Positions 14,503 to 27,619 of a stretch of 64,000 nt of DNA are shown here, one piece after another. The first letter of the stretch is position 1. Every line of letters starts with the position of its first letter. Under the pieces are notes generated by a model that was not told the DNA's origin, made no database searches, and worked only from the letters and a program-made list of their open reading frames with translations. Made by a program: the position numbers and the translations under genes. The stretch comes from the human T2T-CHM13v2.0 reference genome, Homo sapiens: NCBI RefSeq assembly GCF_009914755.1, contig NC_060934.1. One strand, given 5' to 3'.

Positions 14503-16629
14503 CTAAAAAAGAGAATGATTTACATAAGAAGAGAAAAAGAAAAACAATTCTAATGGCCTTTTTTGAATGATAATTAGGTTGATAAAGTCCATTTACTGAA
14601 GTAAATACTCAAGTGTGAAAGGGACCTCAAAACAAGCCAAGTTAAATAAACGGCTATCCAGCACAGGATTGCAAAGATGATGAGGCATAGTGAGGAAAGA
14701 CCATTCTTTAGATAAGCGAGGGTCCAGTTAAGCATCAACACCAGGCGTGCTGGCTACGGGTGATGGGTCCTGTTTACCCAGCCTGCCCAGTGCAATTAGC
14801 AAGCATGTGCCATCTCGCTCCTACAAGTGTCCTGGTGTTTTGTTGCTTTTAAGCCTTGACACATAAGCCTTTGGCCAAACAGAAACACAGCTGCCTACCT
14901 CAAGGTAGAAAATAAGTAGTCAGCATGACAGATGTGACCAATTAAGAAGTAGAGGCGAAATTAAATGGGGATCACTATTACCGTTATTACCTAGACATGC
15001 TTGATTAGAGGAAGAGGCTTAAATTGTGGCCAACGTGGGCTTCCTGTTACTAATTCCTCCCAATTTATGAGCACCCATAGGCTTCCCAATCCTCCTCCTG
15101 AGCGCAGAGAAGAACTGAACCTGCCCAGAAAGCTTGCTATGTGGTGGAGATCATTCCAGAAGGCCTTCTTGCTGGAGATCAGCAAGACAAAGCCCAGTGA
15201 GGCTTAGCTAAACCTGCTCATCTCTTCTCTGCAACTCACAAGTCAAATGACTCACTCTCTTCCCCTTTGGGGATAGGCCAGAATTGTTATGCCGGGGGAA
15301 GACCTGGGTGGATATTTGAGCCCAAAAGAAGTCAGGAAATGTGGAGAAGGACCTAAAGTATAATCACACTGTCACACTAATTGCTGCACAATCTGGAAAC
15401 TGGGAAGGCAAAACTATGACTCATTGAGAAGATGCAGGTAATTTGCTAAAAGTTGTATCACTCTGTAATATGCTCGTGTTTATCCTCCCAAGACCATAAA
15501 TACTTAAACTGAAAAAGTGTTCCTGTTTCAGATGATAAATTATATGTTCTCCCTAATTATAACCCAAAAGTGGAGCTGAATTGTATATACTACCTGGTTC
15601 TTAGAGGATGTGAATAATACTGATGTTATACACTAATGGTACATGGAGATTTTCCCATATGCAAGCCTGATTTGACGGGCATTACTTAACCTGTGGTAGA
15701 ACTAGATACAGATTAAGTGAAGTTATTTCAAAATCCCATATTTCACTGCTGTGACTCTTGGATATCAGATGCCTACCACATTAAACATTTGCTTTATTCA
15801 TGAAATCAACACGAGAACATATTTATCTTATCTGAGCACTAAATTACTTTTTTTTCTTCTCAGAGATTAGCCATAATTTTAGGTTCCTGCAAATCACCCT
15901 CCTCAGCCACTAGTAATTAAACTGTTAATGGCAGTATGATAAATAGTAGGCTATTTTGATCATATGGAGAAAAAAGTATCTCCGTTATATAATTAAGTGT
16001 GAGAGAAAATAGCCTATCATTAGGCTTAAGTTTGACTCATTATTTTTATCTTTTGCCACCATCTATTCCCCATCACATTCACATTCTTCACTGCAGTGGT
16101 ATGTGCTTGTGGCTACAGCCTCCTGATAAAGTCTGACACATGCAGAACGTTCAGGACAGGAGGACTGGATAAGGGTGAGGTATTTACTTCTTCTGTTAGG
16201 CAGACAAATAGCTCAGTCTTAATTGTAGACTCTATTTTTTTTTCTTGGGTCTTTATTAAAAAGATACACATATTTGTATATTTTAAATGAAGGTGTATTT
16301 AAAATTTAAGATCCTTTACAATTGTACAATTCAAGAGAAATTGTACAATTTGTTAGAAGTCACACACAATCATGTGTGATTTCAAGTGAATTGTGCAATA
16401 TGAATGACAATAAGCAAAGAATGTTAGATTTTTAAATACATAAGGAATATTTATATAAATATTAGATACATATTAGTAGCCTTCCTACACCAAGATAACA
16501 GGAAATGATCGTTGAAAGGGAACTATATTGGTCAATGAAACAAATCTTAGGTAAAATAAAAATCACTGAATAGATTGCTATATTTTATTACAGCCATGTC
16601 TACATCTTACAATTTCGGGTTGACACCAT

Positions 16630-17124
16630 CTATTGGATAGACTGGCCACTCCCATTATCTCCTATTAAAAGAGCCCAGATGGATTAATGAGAGCAGCCAG
16701 GCTCCTGCCCAGCCCCAGAGGACAAGCTGATCTAAACCAGGCATGGTCATGCCATCCAGTGTTTGGCCTGGGGAGCCACACTCTCTGTGACTTTAGTGGA
16801 AATCTTCCCAGAAGTGCTTCTAGTGTTTCTGGTACAAAGGGAGAGATGCTGCACAACCCTGTGACATTCTGTCTTCCACATTTTTCTTTCTCAATCAAAG
16901 GGAAGGCAGCAGCAATGATGTCATTACCAAGGAATAAGCCACCATACTAATGACGACAGAATAGAAGGAAAGGAGCCTGGGAGACTGATAACACCCATAG
17001 TACCCAGCCTGAACTACCTACCTCCGGGCTTTATATGTGGAGGCTGGGGAAACAAAAACCTACTTGTTAAGCCATTGTGTTAGAGTTTTCCTGTTTTTAC
17101 AGTCATCTGCACTCCTACCGAATA
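16630..17124 (+). mobile_element. MaLR MLT1-type LTR (degenerate)
   Basis: 3' end TTGTTAAGCCATTGTGTTAGAGTTTTCCTG...CTACCGAATACA resembles an MLT1 terminus; 5' boundary approximate. Confidence 0.55.
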
Positions 17125-18741
17125 CACAACCCAACACCAAAAGACAAAAAGGGCAAAATTGATGACTTCATGATCATTAAGATGTCCCAAACATTGACCT
17201 TCTCTTTTGCCCTCACCCACAAATCCCACGTCTCCATTACAATTAGGATGAATTTAGTGCAGGGTCGCTTCCTCCTCCTGGCCAAGTTTGTTTGAATGAG
17301 TATGAGATTAGCTAAAGGCTGAAATCGGATGACAGACATGGAGATGTTTGCGGATCTTTCCTTTCACAAGAATTCTTAACTGAAAGTATCTGGAAAGGCT
17401 CTTCACAAGTGAAATCATACAAGTTAAATTCAATACACCCTGGAAGGAAAAACAATGGCTCCATCATTATTTAACTGGGCTGGACATAGCTAAGATCACT
17501 CTCCCAGGTTTTCTGATACCATCTAAGCTTTCTCTGGAGGAGTAACCACAGAATTTAATGTTTTTGGCATTGAAAGGATTTACCCACAACAACGTTCATT
17601 TGCCTGGAAAATATTCTTCCTGCTGCCATGCAGATGAACACCCTAAACAGCCTTGAACTAAACACTGAGAGGCTGCATGCAGATGTGGTCCACCTGCTCT
17701 GCAGAAGGCTCTTTCTGCCTAATCTACAAGAAACATACAAAAGATTCCCTTTTGCCCAATCTTTTTTATGACTCCCCATCAGAAGACTACTAGATCCAGG
17801 ATTCTGAATGCTCAATAGAGAGGATAGGTTTAACTTATTCAAGGGATTGATTAGATAATGTTAGGTTAGACTAACAGGAATAAATATGACAGAGAGAATA
17901 TCTGTGAAAATATATCTGAGAAAATAATAGTATTATGTGATTAACAGAAAAATAAAAGAGGCTGCCTCAGAAGACCAGCTGTTCTTCAAGACTGGGAAGT
18001 GAGTTGTGCAAAGAGGAACCCCATAATGTGGGTAGAGCAAGTGCAAAGCAGAAACTAGGTGGGGGGAGAAAGAGAAAGAAAGAAAAATGCCTTATACTGA
18101 TGCCCAAAGTGAAGCCACTTGACCTGAAAAACGGACATTTCTCTCTATGGAGAATTCTAAGCAGTGCAGGCTTCCTAGGGCTGATCTCTAGGCCAATCTT
18201 GCTTAACATTTCTATAAAATTGTCTGACAAGGGGATGATATAGCAGTGTCTACAGGTCTGCTGACTCCAAGCTGTCTCAGTAAGGGAAACGGCAAACTGA
18301 GATGAACTTCAGAAGTTCTCAAAGGGCCAGGCAAGAGGGCAGAAAACTACAGATTAGATCTAGCCCTAGTGTGGTTAAAATAATTCAAACTATTATTTAA
18401 AGATGATGGGTCCTAAGCTATCAGCTACAGGTCAGAAATTAGGAATGAAATGGCTCTGATGGTCTACAGATTATCAAGCTGATCTAACAGCTTTCTGCAG
18501 CTCCCAAGTCTAAGAAACTCTTCATAGCATCATAAAGGGTGCTAGAAGCTAAGCAAAACATCATCCTGCTCTACACGTGATCTAGACCGTCCACATCTGT
18601 ACCACTCTGCACAGTTCTGATTATTACATATTGGTTATTAAGGATATATGAAAGCTGGAAGAAGTCCAAAGAGTAACAATTAGGCTGCACCATGAAGAGA
18701 AGTCCATGAAACCATCCCTCTCATCTACAGAAACGAAGCAG

Positions 18742-19095
18742 GGCCAGCCCGGTGGCTCACACCTGTAATCCCAGCACTCTGGGAGAACGATGCAGGAGAA
18801 TCACTTAAAGCCAAGAGCTTGAGACCAGCCTGGGCAACATAGTGAGACTCCATCTCTACGAAAAAGAAAATGAAAATTAGCCAGGCATGGTAGCACACAC
18901 CTGTAGTCCTAGCCACTTGGAAGGCTAAGGCTGGAGAATCACTTGAGCCCAGGAAATTGAGACTGCAGTGAGCTGCAGTCACATGACGGAACTCCAGCCT
19001 GGGCAACAGAGTGAGACTCTGTCCAGAAAAATAAAAAAGAAGAAGGAAGGAAGGAAAAAAAGGAAGAAAGAAAAGAAGAGAAAAAGGAAAAAAAT
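18742..19095 (+). mobile_element. AluJ element with A/GA-rich tail
   Basis: CTGGGCAACATAGTGAGAC and CTTGAGCCCAGGA J diagnostics. Confidence 0.92.
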
Positions 19096-19185
19096 CTAAA
19101 AATTAAATAAGTATCTTAGCAAGTATAGAATTCTATTTGGAAGCAAAATGTGAATGTGTATACAGATATAAATTAAGCCAGAATA

Positions 19186-19504
19186 GGCCGGGCATGGTGG
19201 CTCACGCCTGTAATCCCAGCACTTTGGGAGGCTGAGGCGGGCAGATCACGAGGTCTGGAGATCGAGTCCATCCTAACTAACACGGTGAAACCCCGTCTCT
19301 ACTAAAAAAAAAAAAAAAAAAAATACAAAAAAATTAGCCGGGCTTAGTGGCAGGCGCCTGTGGTCCCGGCTACTCGGGTGGCTGAGGCAGGAGAATGGCG
19401 TGAACCCAGGAGGCGGAGCTTGCAGTGAGCCGAGATCGTGCCACTGCCCTCCAGCCTGGGTGATAGAGCGAGACTCTGTCTAAAAAAAAAAAAAAAAAAA
19501 AAAA
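19186..19504 (+). mobile_element. AluY element with an expanded middle A-tract
   Basis: GAGATCGAG..CATCCT..CTAACACGG and GAATGGCGTGAACC Y diagnostics; TSD AATTAAG(C/G)CAGAATA. Confidence 0.95.
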
Positions 19505-21033
19505 TTAAGGCAGAATAATCATGTCCTAAATTTAAGTAGTACATTCTACCATGCCACAAAAATCTGTAATAAACAGAAAGTATGCCTATCTGTTTCATTT
19601 TACCTACGTGGGTGTGAAATGTATGGATTTAGCTTTTGCATAATGATAAAGGCCACCACCCCTCACAACATGTTGGTTTTAAAGTCACTGATAGACAATC
19701 TTATCCAAAACAACTCCAACCAAATCACCTACTAACTACAGTTACCACTTTAGTCCTGATGGTTTATGTAACACAAGTTAGCTCAGCTATAATTGCACTT
19801 CAATAAAAATATATCAAAGCTGGAAGAGGTTAGGAACTCAGGGTTTTAGTTGGTAGCATTACTACTAATAATAGTAACATAATAATAATAAGGCGAAGAA
19901 CAACATTTCATGGAAATCTACAGGGAGAGATAACTTGGCAGTGTAAAGAGGGAGGCCTCTGTGTTCAACTATTACTGCCTCTGCTTAACTGTGTGACCCA
20001 GGCAAGGTACTGAACCTCTCTGTGCCTCTATCTCCTCGCTTCAGAAATGAGAAAAAGCCTAGCGCCTACCTCGCAAGCTGCAATCCCTGGCACACAATAG
20101 TCACTAAATCTTAACTGTTGCCAATAGTGTTATTGTTGTTGTTGTTGTCATTGTCACTTATTATTACTGCAATTTACAGAGAACTTTCACATACAATAGC
20201 TAATGACTATTAAGTAATAGCACAAAGAAATACTTAATTTAAAGGGTAATTACATCACATGTCAAGTATATGGGAAAGGGTATGATTTCCACCAGCATCC
20301 TTTGTGCTTGCCTTCTGGTTTGTCAGAAAGAGCCAGTCATATCTAAATTGTGATTGGATGGATGTAAAAGGAAGTAACAGACAGAGTAGTTAATAACAGC
20401 TAACATTTATGGAGTACTCACAATGTTCCAGATAGTTTATTCAGCATTTATATGCATTACCATTATTTAATCTTATTATAAATGTTACAGCTGAGGGATG
20501 GAGCCCAGCCAGGTTCCATAACCTTCCCAAGGTTACTGGGGAGTCAACCCAGGCAGGTTGACTTTGGAGGATGTGCCAGACCACTACCCTCCTGCCCAGG
20601 ACTGACTTCCGTTAGAAAACAAATGTGCAAAACATTCTGATCATTTTGCTTATTATCAACAACAGAAACAACCAGTGTTGTGCTCATCTCTCTAAATGAA
20701 GACACAGGCACATATTCACTTTACAGGAGTTACCCTTTCTCTGGACCAGCAATCCTCTTAGAACCGCTAATGAGGATCATCTAAATTCTCATCCCTGGTG
20801 AGCAACATTTTTCCTTGTACTTCTTGAATTCTAGCTTACATATTTAACATAAAATTATATGTTCAATCATTCAATAATTCTGGGATTCCCTTAAAGTGTA
20901 ATATCAACCAATCCCAGTTACTAAAAAATGTCACAACAAAAATACCCCTTGCACTAATATCCTTGCACTAATATCAGGGTTCTTAGCAAGCAGGTCAGTA
21001 ATCAACAAATCCTGAATTGTAAATAAATATTAT

Positions 21034-21034
21034 A

Positions 21035-21084
<50 letters not shown>

Positions 21085-21085
21085 T
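21034..21085. repeat. (TA)21 microsatellite flanked by ATGCA/TGCAT
   Basis: Direct reading; forms a perfect 52-bp palindrome. Confidence 0.95.
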
Positions 21086-21521
21086 TTTCCTGTTCTGGAA
21101 GACAAGTCCATTCATTAGATTGTTCAGAAGGCCCCAAAATGTTAAAAAAATGACTATTCATTTAGATAGAGGGCCTCCCAAGACAAATTACATCATTATA
21201 TTCATTTTAAAATCTTTGGGGGTTCTCAAATGGAATAAATACTGCAATTCAATGCCTTATGATTTCATGCCAGCGTGACAGCAAAACTCATAAGGGACAG
21301 GATTCTGGATTAAGAATGAGGAGACTTGCTCTAGCAGAAATTCTCTGTATAGGTGACCTTGGGGAAATCACTGAAAATTTCAGGACTTTGTTCCATGATC
21401 TGGAAAGTGACTGTGTTTTAAAAGGTGATTTCAGGGTTTCCCCCACAGCTCTATGCCTCTATAACATAATAATACCACAGGTGCAATGCAAAATAAGACA
21501 AAAATTACTCCAGCCACTTAC

Positions 21522-21593
21522 ATCGCTAATGAGTTCCGTGCATTTTCTGGCCAATTCCATGCTTAAGTCTTCAATAACAGGCTTATAGAAGAC
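21522..21593 (-). CDS. NEBL: Nebulette exon 2 (aa 28-51, VFYKPVIEDLSMELARKCTELISD)
   Basis: Polypyrimidine tract and AG at 21595-21594; donor GAT|GTAAGT; 72 nt; follows a 95-nt intron 1. Confidence 0.96.
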
Positions 21594-21688
21594 CTATTTG
21601 AAAAAAAAGAAAAGAACAGAAAGAACATTTTTCTCATTGTCAATTTAGAGGAACAAACGCTGGTCTGAGTATGTGTTTTCTCACTCAC

Positions 21689-21769
21689 CTGGTCTTCTTC
21701 ATTTTCTTCTTCCCCTATCTTTTCTTCTTCAGTTTCATCTTTTATATCCTCAAATACAGGGACCCTCAT
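21689..21769 (-). CDS. NEBL: Nebulette coding exon 1 (aa 1-27, acidic N-terminus MRVPVFEDIKDETEEEKIGEEENEEDQ)
   Basis: ATG at 21769-21767; the translation is the recognisable nebulette N-terminus; donor CAG|GTGAGT (intron starts 21688); 81 nt, phase 0. Confidence 0.97.
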
Positions 21770-21848
21770 TTTTACCCTTTAAAATATTTATATTTTTAAA
21801 ATTTACTCATGTGGCGTCCTTTTCCATACCACAGTGCCCTTGAGATGC

Positions 21849-22240
21849 TGACGTCTCTGGTGCTCTGGCAGAAATGCCCTTGCCCAAGCCTCAGCCCTAT
21901 TTAGCCCACACTTCACTCCTTATCTCAGTGGTGTGTGAGTGAACAGAAAAGGATCCCAGAGGTCTACCAGGCTGGCCTCACAAGTGGAAATAACATATTC
22001 TTAAGCAAAATTTGATTTTATGAACTTTTAAAGTCAACATTTTTTCCACTGGTTAAGAAATCCAAAAGAAAAAATTTATTTATCTTTTACTAATTCTATT
22101 CATTCATAAAAGAGCATAAAAAGGACTTAGAGATTCTGGGAAAACTACTCAGCTCTAACACTCAAGATAGCACAGTCCAAAGCCTGTTATCTCAAAGATT
22201 CCTTGTCTCTGTCTAAATAAAGCTTTCACTGGAATGTCAG
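21849..22240 (-). promoter_or_regulatory. Putative cardiac proximal promoter of the nebulette isoform
   Basis: Directly upstream of exon 1 and free of recognisable repeats. Minus-strand CTAAATAG TATA-like box 21897-21904; NKE-like TGAAGTG 21909-21915; GATA (WGATAR) at 21920-21925, 22080-22085, 22165-22170, 22187-22192; MCAT/TEAD ACATTCCA 22230-22237; CRE-like TGACGTCT 21849-21856. Confidence 0.65.
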
Positions 22241-24960
22241 ACTTCCTTCTGACTTGGGGTAGTGAATCTGGATCATTCAAACTCATTTTGTCAACCTAAA
22301 TTATATGTTTTATCAGACATACCAGTACTTCTCACATCCTAAAAAATACCCACTTTATATTAGCTGATTAGAGGCTACTTATTTATTATGAAAAGCCCTT
22401 TGAACCACTTCAAAGAATCTATTCTGAGTTAATTATGACTGTTAGTATTATACTGGCGAGTATGGTATTGTATTAATTGTAAACATCATTAAACATGAGA
22501 AGTTGCAGTTAACATATGTTGATACATAATTTAACAATTCTGGAAACATCGTTTCAAAAATCATCATCATCATCTTTGAATTCTGCAGTTCTACTCATCA
22601 TGTCAATTTTTACAAAGTCATTGGTGATTTGCATTATTACTCAATGGGCACCCCACATTCAGAAAAGTTTGGAAAAATAAACCATCACAATATTTATAAT
22701 GTAGTGTATGTCCTTGGTTACATAAAACCAAGGTTAAAAAAAAATTTCTCAAAACAAATATTTTAATGTCAATTCAGGCAATTCCAAGACTCCCTACAAC
22801 TCACAATTTATTAATCTGGTTATGTAAATCCTAGGGTAAATTAATTTTACCAAGTCATAGCACATTAGCATTGGGCATAAAAAATACCCTACACTGAATA
22901 GTAATACTGATGATACAAAATACAAATTTATTAAAAATAATATGTCATTCTAAGTAGCCAAGCATAATTTTTTCTCTTGATATCATATCTAGTTTTCAAT
23001 GTACTGTAAAAAAAAAAATGCCTTGGCCTTACCTAAACTGAAAATCCTGACAAGAAAAACATTCTACACAGTCATCACGTATAAATTATTTCTGAAATTG
23101 TGTTCCATGAGGCAAAAGTTCCACAAAAGATTCTGGGGGAAAAAAGCAGGTTTCTTAAACAAATATGTTTGGGAAATCTGTACCCCAGTCTCTGTCCCTG
23201 CCACTTAGAGATCTACAAGGCATATTGACATACTAGAAGTTCTGAGAAGACCTTCAACCAAAAAACCTGCTTAGGCTTGCTTAACCTCGTGTTCCCCTGA
23301 ACACAAACCTGTTTATCTCATCAAATCTAATCCAATTTAATCTAATCTACCTACCTACCTATCTACCTATCTTTTTTTTAATCATACCCACTACCCCAGA
23401 AAACTAACACTCCTCTGTGAAATATGACCGACTCCTTAGGGAAACATTGCTCTATTCTCCTAAAATGTTGTGTTCTAGAAGGAGCTGTTGGTCTTGAACT
23501 AGTTTTTGATACAGGCTAAATTAATGGTATCACATATCCTGTTCACCAACAAAATACCAAAAAGAAATTGCCTCAAGCATGCTGAACATGGAAACCACAA
23601 CTCTAAGATTACAGCCATATCATGCTGGCCCAGTGTAGTGGATTCCACAAGGACATTCCTTGTATATTTTATTTGTTCCGTAAAAGGAAAGAATGTGTGC
23701 ATTCCAATTATTTCCCTCAAGTCCTCTGCTGGCCAGAAGACTATTCTAATATTCTATAGATCTATTACATTATCTTTATTTGGAAATAGGGAGGAGTAAT
23801 TTCTGTAAACTTGTCTTGCAAATTTCTAGGAGTGTAGGGAGAAAATCTTGCCAAAACTGCCTGAGACACACCTTTTGGCTCATATTTGAGGAGACAGTAC
23901 TGGTGTTACTCAGGGTGACACCTATTCCCCAAGGTGAATTACCTTCATCAGGCTTGCAGTGCAGTTATTTCTCATTTCCCATCACGTAATATGTTCTTAG
24001 GGACTCTTCACTGTGCTGCAAGAAAATAAGCTGTTGAGATTTAATGCACAAACTTTTGAAAACAAAAACCAAACACCACGTGCAATGTGAACACAAATTT
24101 TCCATTTGAGATTCTAGAATCAGAATTTCAAGCCAAAGGGATCCTTAAGAAATCAATACACCTAAAGCCCTCTCTTTCACAGATGACAAAATGAAGGCTA
24201 TGAAAAATTATGTGTCTCATTTACAAAGCCATTCAATGAAGCACTAGGATCAGAACCTAACTAGAGACCTGTGTTCATTTGTTCAACAAATAAATGTTGT
24301 TATGCCAGGCACTGTGCTTGGTGTTAGAGATAGAATGGTGAATAAAATATTCTTCATACTAAGATAGAATTGGAAATAAAATACTCATCACTCAACACTT
24401 GCTGGATGAAGTCTTTAATGGATCGTTTGGCAAGCTAGAGACACCATTACTTTTGATTGAATACATCTTTTTTCCTCTCACCTATAATATAAAATTCATG
24501 CAAAGTTTTCTCTAAAAAAGTGTTAAGCCCTGCACTTCATCACAGCAAAGTTTTCTTGTCAGTAGCTCTAAAATATGACATGGAGAATATGAAGAAAGTG
24601 TTCCTCATGGACAGCTATCATGTTTCAAAATCCCCTATCGACTTTTCCAAAAACCAAGCTTAATGTATTTTAATAGATATTTTCACCTTGGGTTGCTCCA
24701 AAAGGCAAAATCTCTGTAGCTGCTCATAGCTTTTACTTATTGGGCACTTCTTTTATGTTGTTTACTTTTCTACTTTAGTACTCTACGCATGCCTTGATAC
24801 AGAATGAGACCAAGAGACATCACTTATGGCTAAACTCTCAAAGTCCAGGTCTGGCTCTGCCATGTCCTCTAGGGCAAATTATTCAACCCCTCACTACCTC
24901 TAATTCTTCATAGTTAAACAGAAAAACTGAGTTGACAGAAGTTAATAAAAAGAAAGCACT

Positions 24961-25600
<640 letters not shown>

Positions 25601-26687
25601 AAAGCACCTTAAAAATAGTGGAGCCCCTCACAAACACAAGCTTTTTTTCAACCACCAATAAAGGTACACAGTGATGTGAAAAACATTTGGCATGAAAAGG
25701 TCTTCTCATTCTCTGTGCCATTAATATCCTTTTAAAGTCAAGAAGGGCCTTCTGCAACTAGACAGCTTAAAGATAAGAGCTCACTTGCTTATTTATAATT
25801 CAGAAGTCTTCTGATCTTTTGATAGCTTGATGTTTACACGTAAGCAAATGTATTTCCTTAGCAACTGTCAGGTGGGTAATTCAAGTCTCGGAGACACAGC
25901 CGTGGCCAAGGGAACGTATCTGTGCCACCATCTGGAGTCGTGCAGTGCACAACTGTCTTCACCTTCCTTGAGGTCGCCTATGACAAGACTTTCTTGGTTT
26001 TTGACTGTTTCACACTTATTTCACTTTTTTCTCCTTTTTTTCATAATGATAGAACATGTACTTTTCCTCAACATGGTGATACATGATTTAAAAATAAAAA
26101 TTTATAATAAACAATTAAAACAGATCCAAATTCAGTTCTGAGTGGGGGGAAAAAAGTACAGAGATAAACTGCTTTTCTTTTAACTTTAAAAATGAATTCA
26201 ACCTTTCTTATTATAAAATATTCATTCCAAATGGTTAGGTGAAAGAAGAATTTGTTTGCCTGATTTGTTTCCCTGCCATGATGGTTTTTTCACACTCATT
26301 TTTTGTTGCCTGGTTTTTGTTTTGATGACTGTCTTCCGGAAGGTTCCTGCTTCTCAGTTGAATCCCTAGTCATTCCATCTTTGCCTCACCTATTTACTCA
26401 GTAACTGGTATCTTCCCAGAACAGAACTTTACTAATGGACGAGGCAAGATAAATCATTTCTTGAAAGAAGAAATGTAAGCACTCTAGGACAATTTGTCTC
26501 CTTTATAAAAGAGAAGAGTTTTGCTTAATATTGGTCCAATCAACTTTTACAATTTAGAATTCATGAACATATTTTCTCCTTTTTAATAGCTATTTCATTA
26601 CTCTTTAATAATCAGAAATCGAAAGAACACAAAGCAACCTAAACATGTGTCACCATGACCAAGTATGCTATTAAGATTTAATAAGGT

Positions 26688-27019
<332 letters not shown>

Positions 27020-27619
27020 TCACAGATGTAGATCCCACTCACAAATGAGAGCTACATAGTTAGATGGATGTTGGAGGAAGTGAAAAACAAGAAACTGGAA
27101 ATAGTATGGGGCACAACAATTTCCAGGTTGGGTGTGGTGGGGAAGCCCAAATTAAAACGATGTACTCTGCTTATAGAGGGGGCAGGAAAGTATTCTCAAT
27201 GTCTACATTAACATAGCGCCCATTGAGCTGAAAGTCTTCGGTTTCATTTACAGCTTGAGACATTAGTTCAGTTTTCATAGCAATTAAGCTAATACCATGA
27301 TCACTCCCGCAATCTTCACCACCAAGAGGAAGAAACCTAAGCTCTTCTTGGTCTGTATGTGGCTTATACCCAGAACCAAAGGGTCAGGCAGGATCAAACA
27401 GCTTGACTCCCACAGAGTGTCCCTTTCCTAGAGTTTTATGTGAGATGTGTCAGGAATAATTGTGAAAGACTTTGAAATGGGCACATAGAAAACAAATTAC
27501 TGAGTGTTCCCTTCAGGACTATACTGTTCTTTCATTATCTTTGAACTACTTCACGATTCCATAAACTGTTGAAAACTGATAAGAATGAGAATGATTCTTA
27601 TCCATAGAAATGCAAATTG

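Noticed and set aside
16621-16637. CTCF-like CCAATAGATGGTGTC on the minus strand
   Set aside because: Mismatches in the core; cannot be supported without a matrix score or ChIP data
21563-21769. 68-aa ORF as a standalone protein
   Set aside because: It is exon 1 read through intron 1; the spliced exon 1-2 frame matches nebulette
21786-21792. Minus-strand TATAAAT as the TATA box
   Set aside because: Only ~17 nt upstream of the ATG, which would place the start site inside the coding sequence
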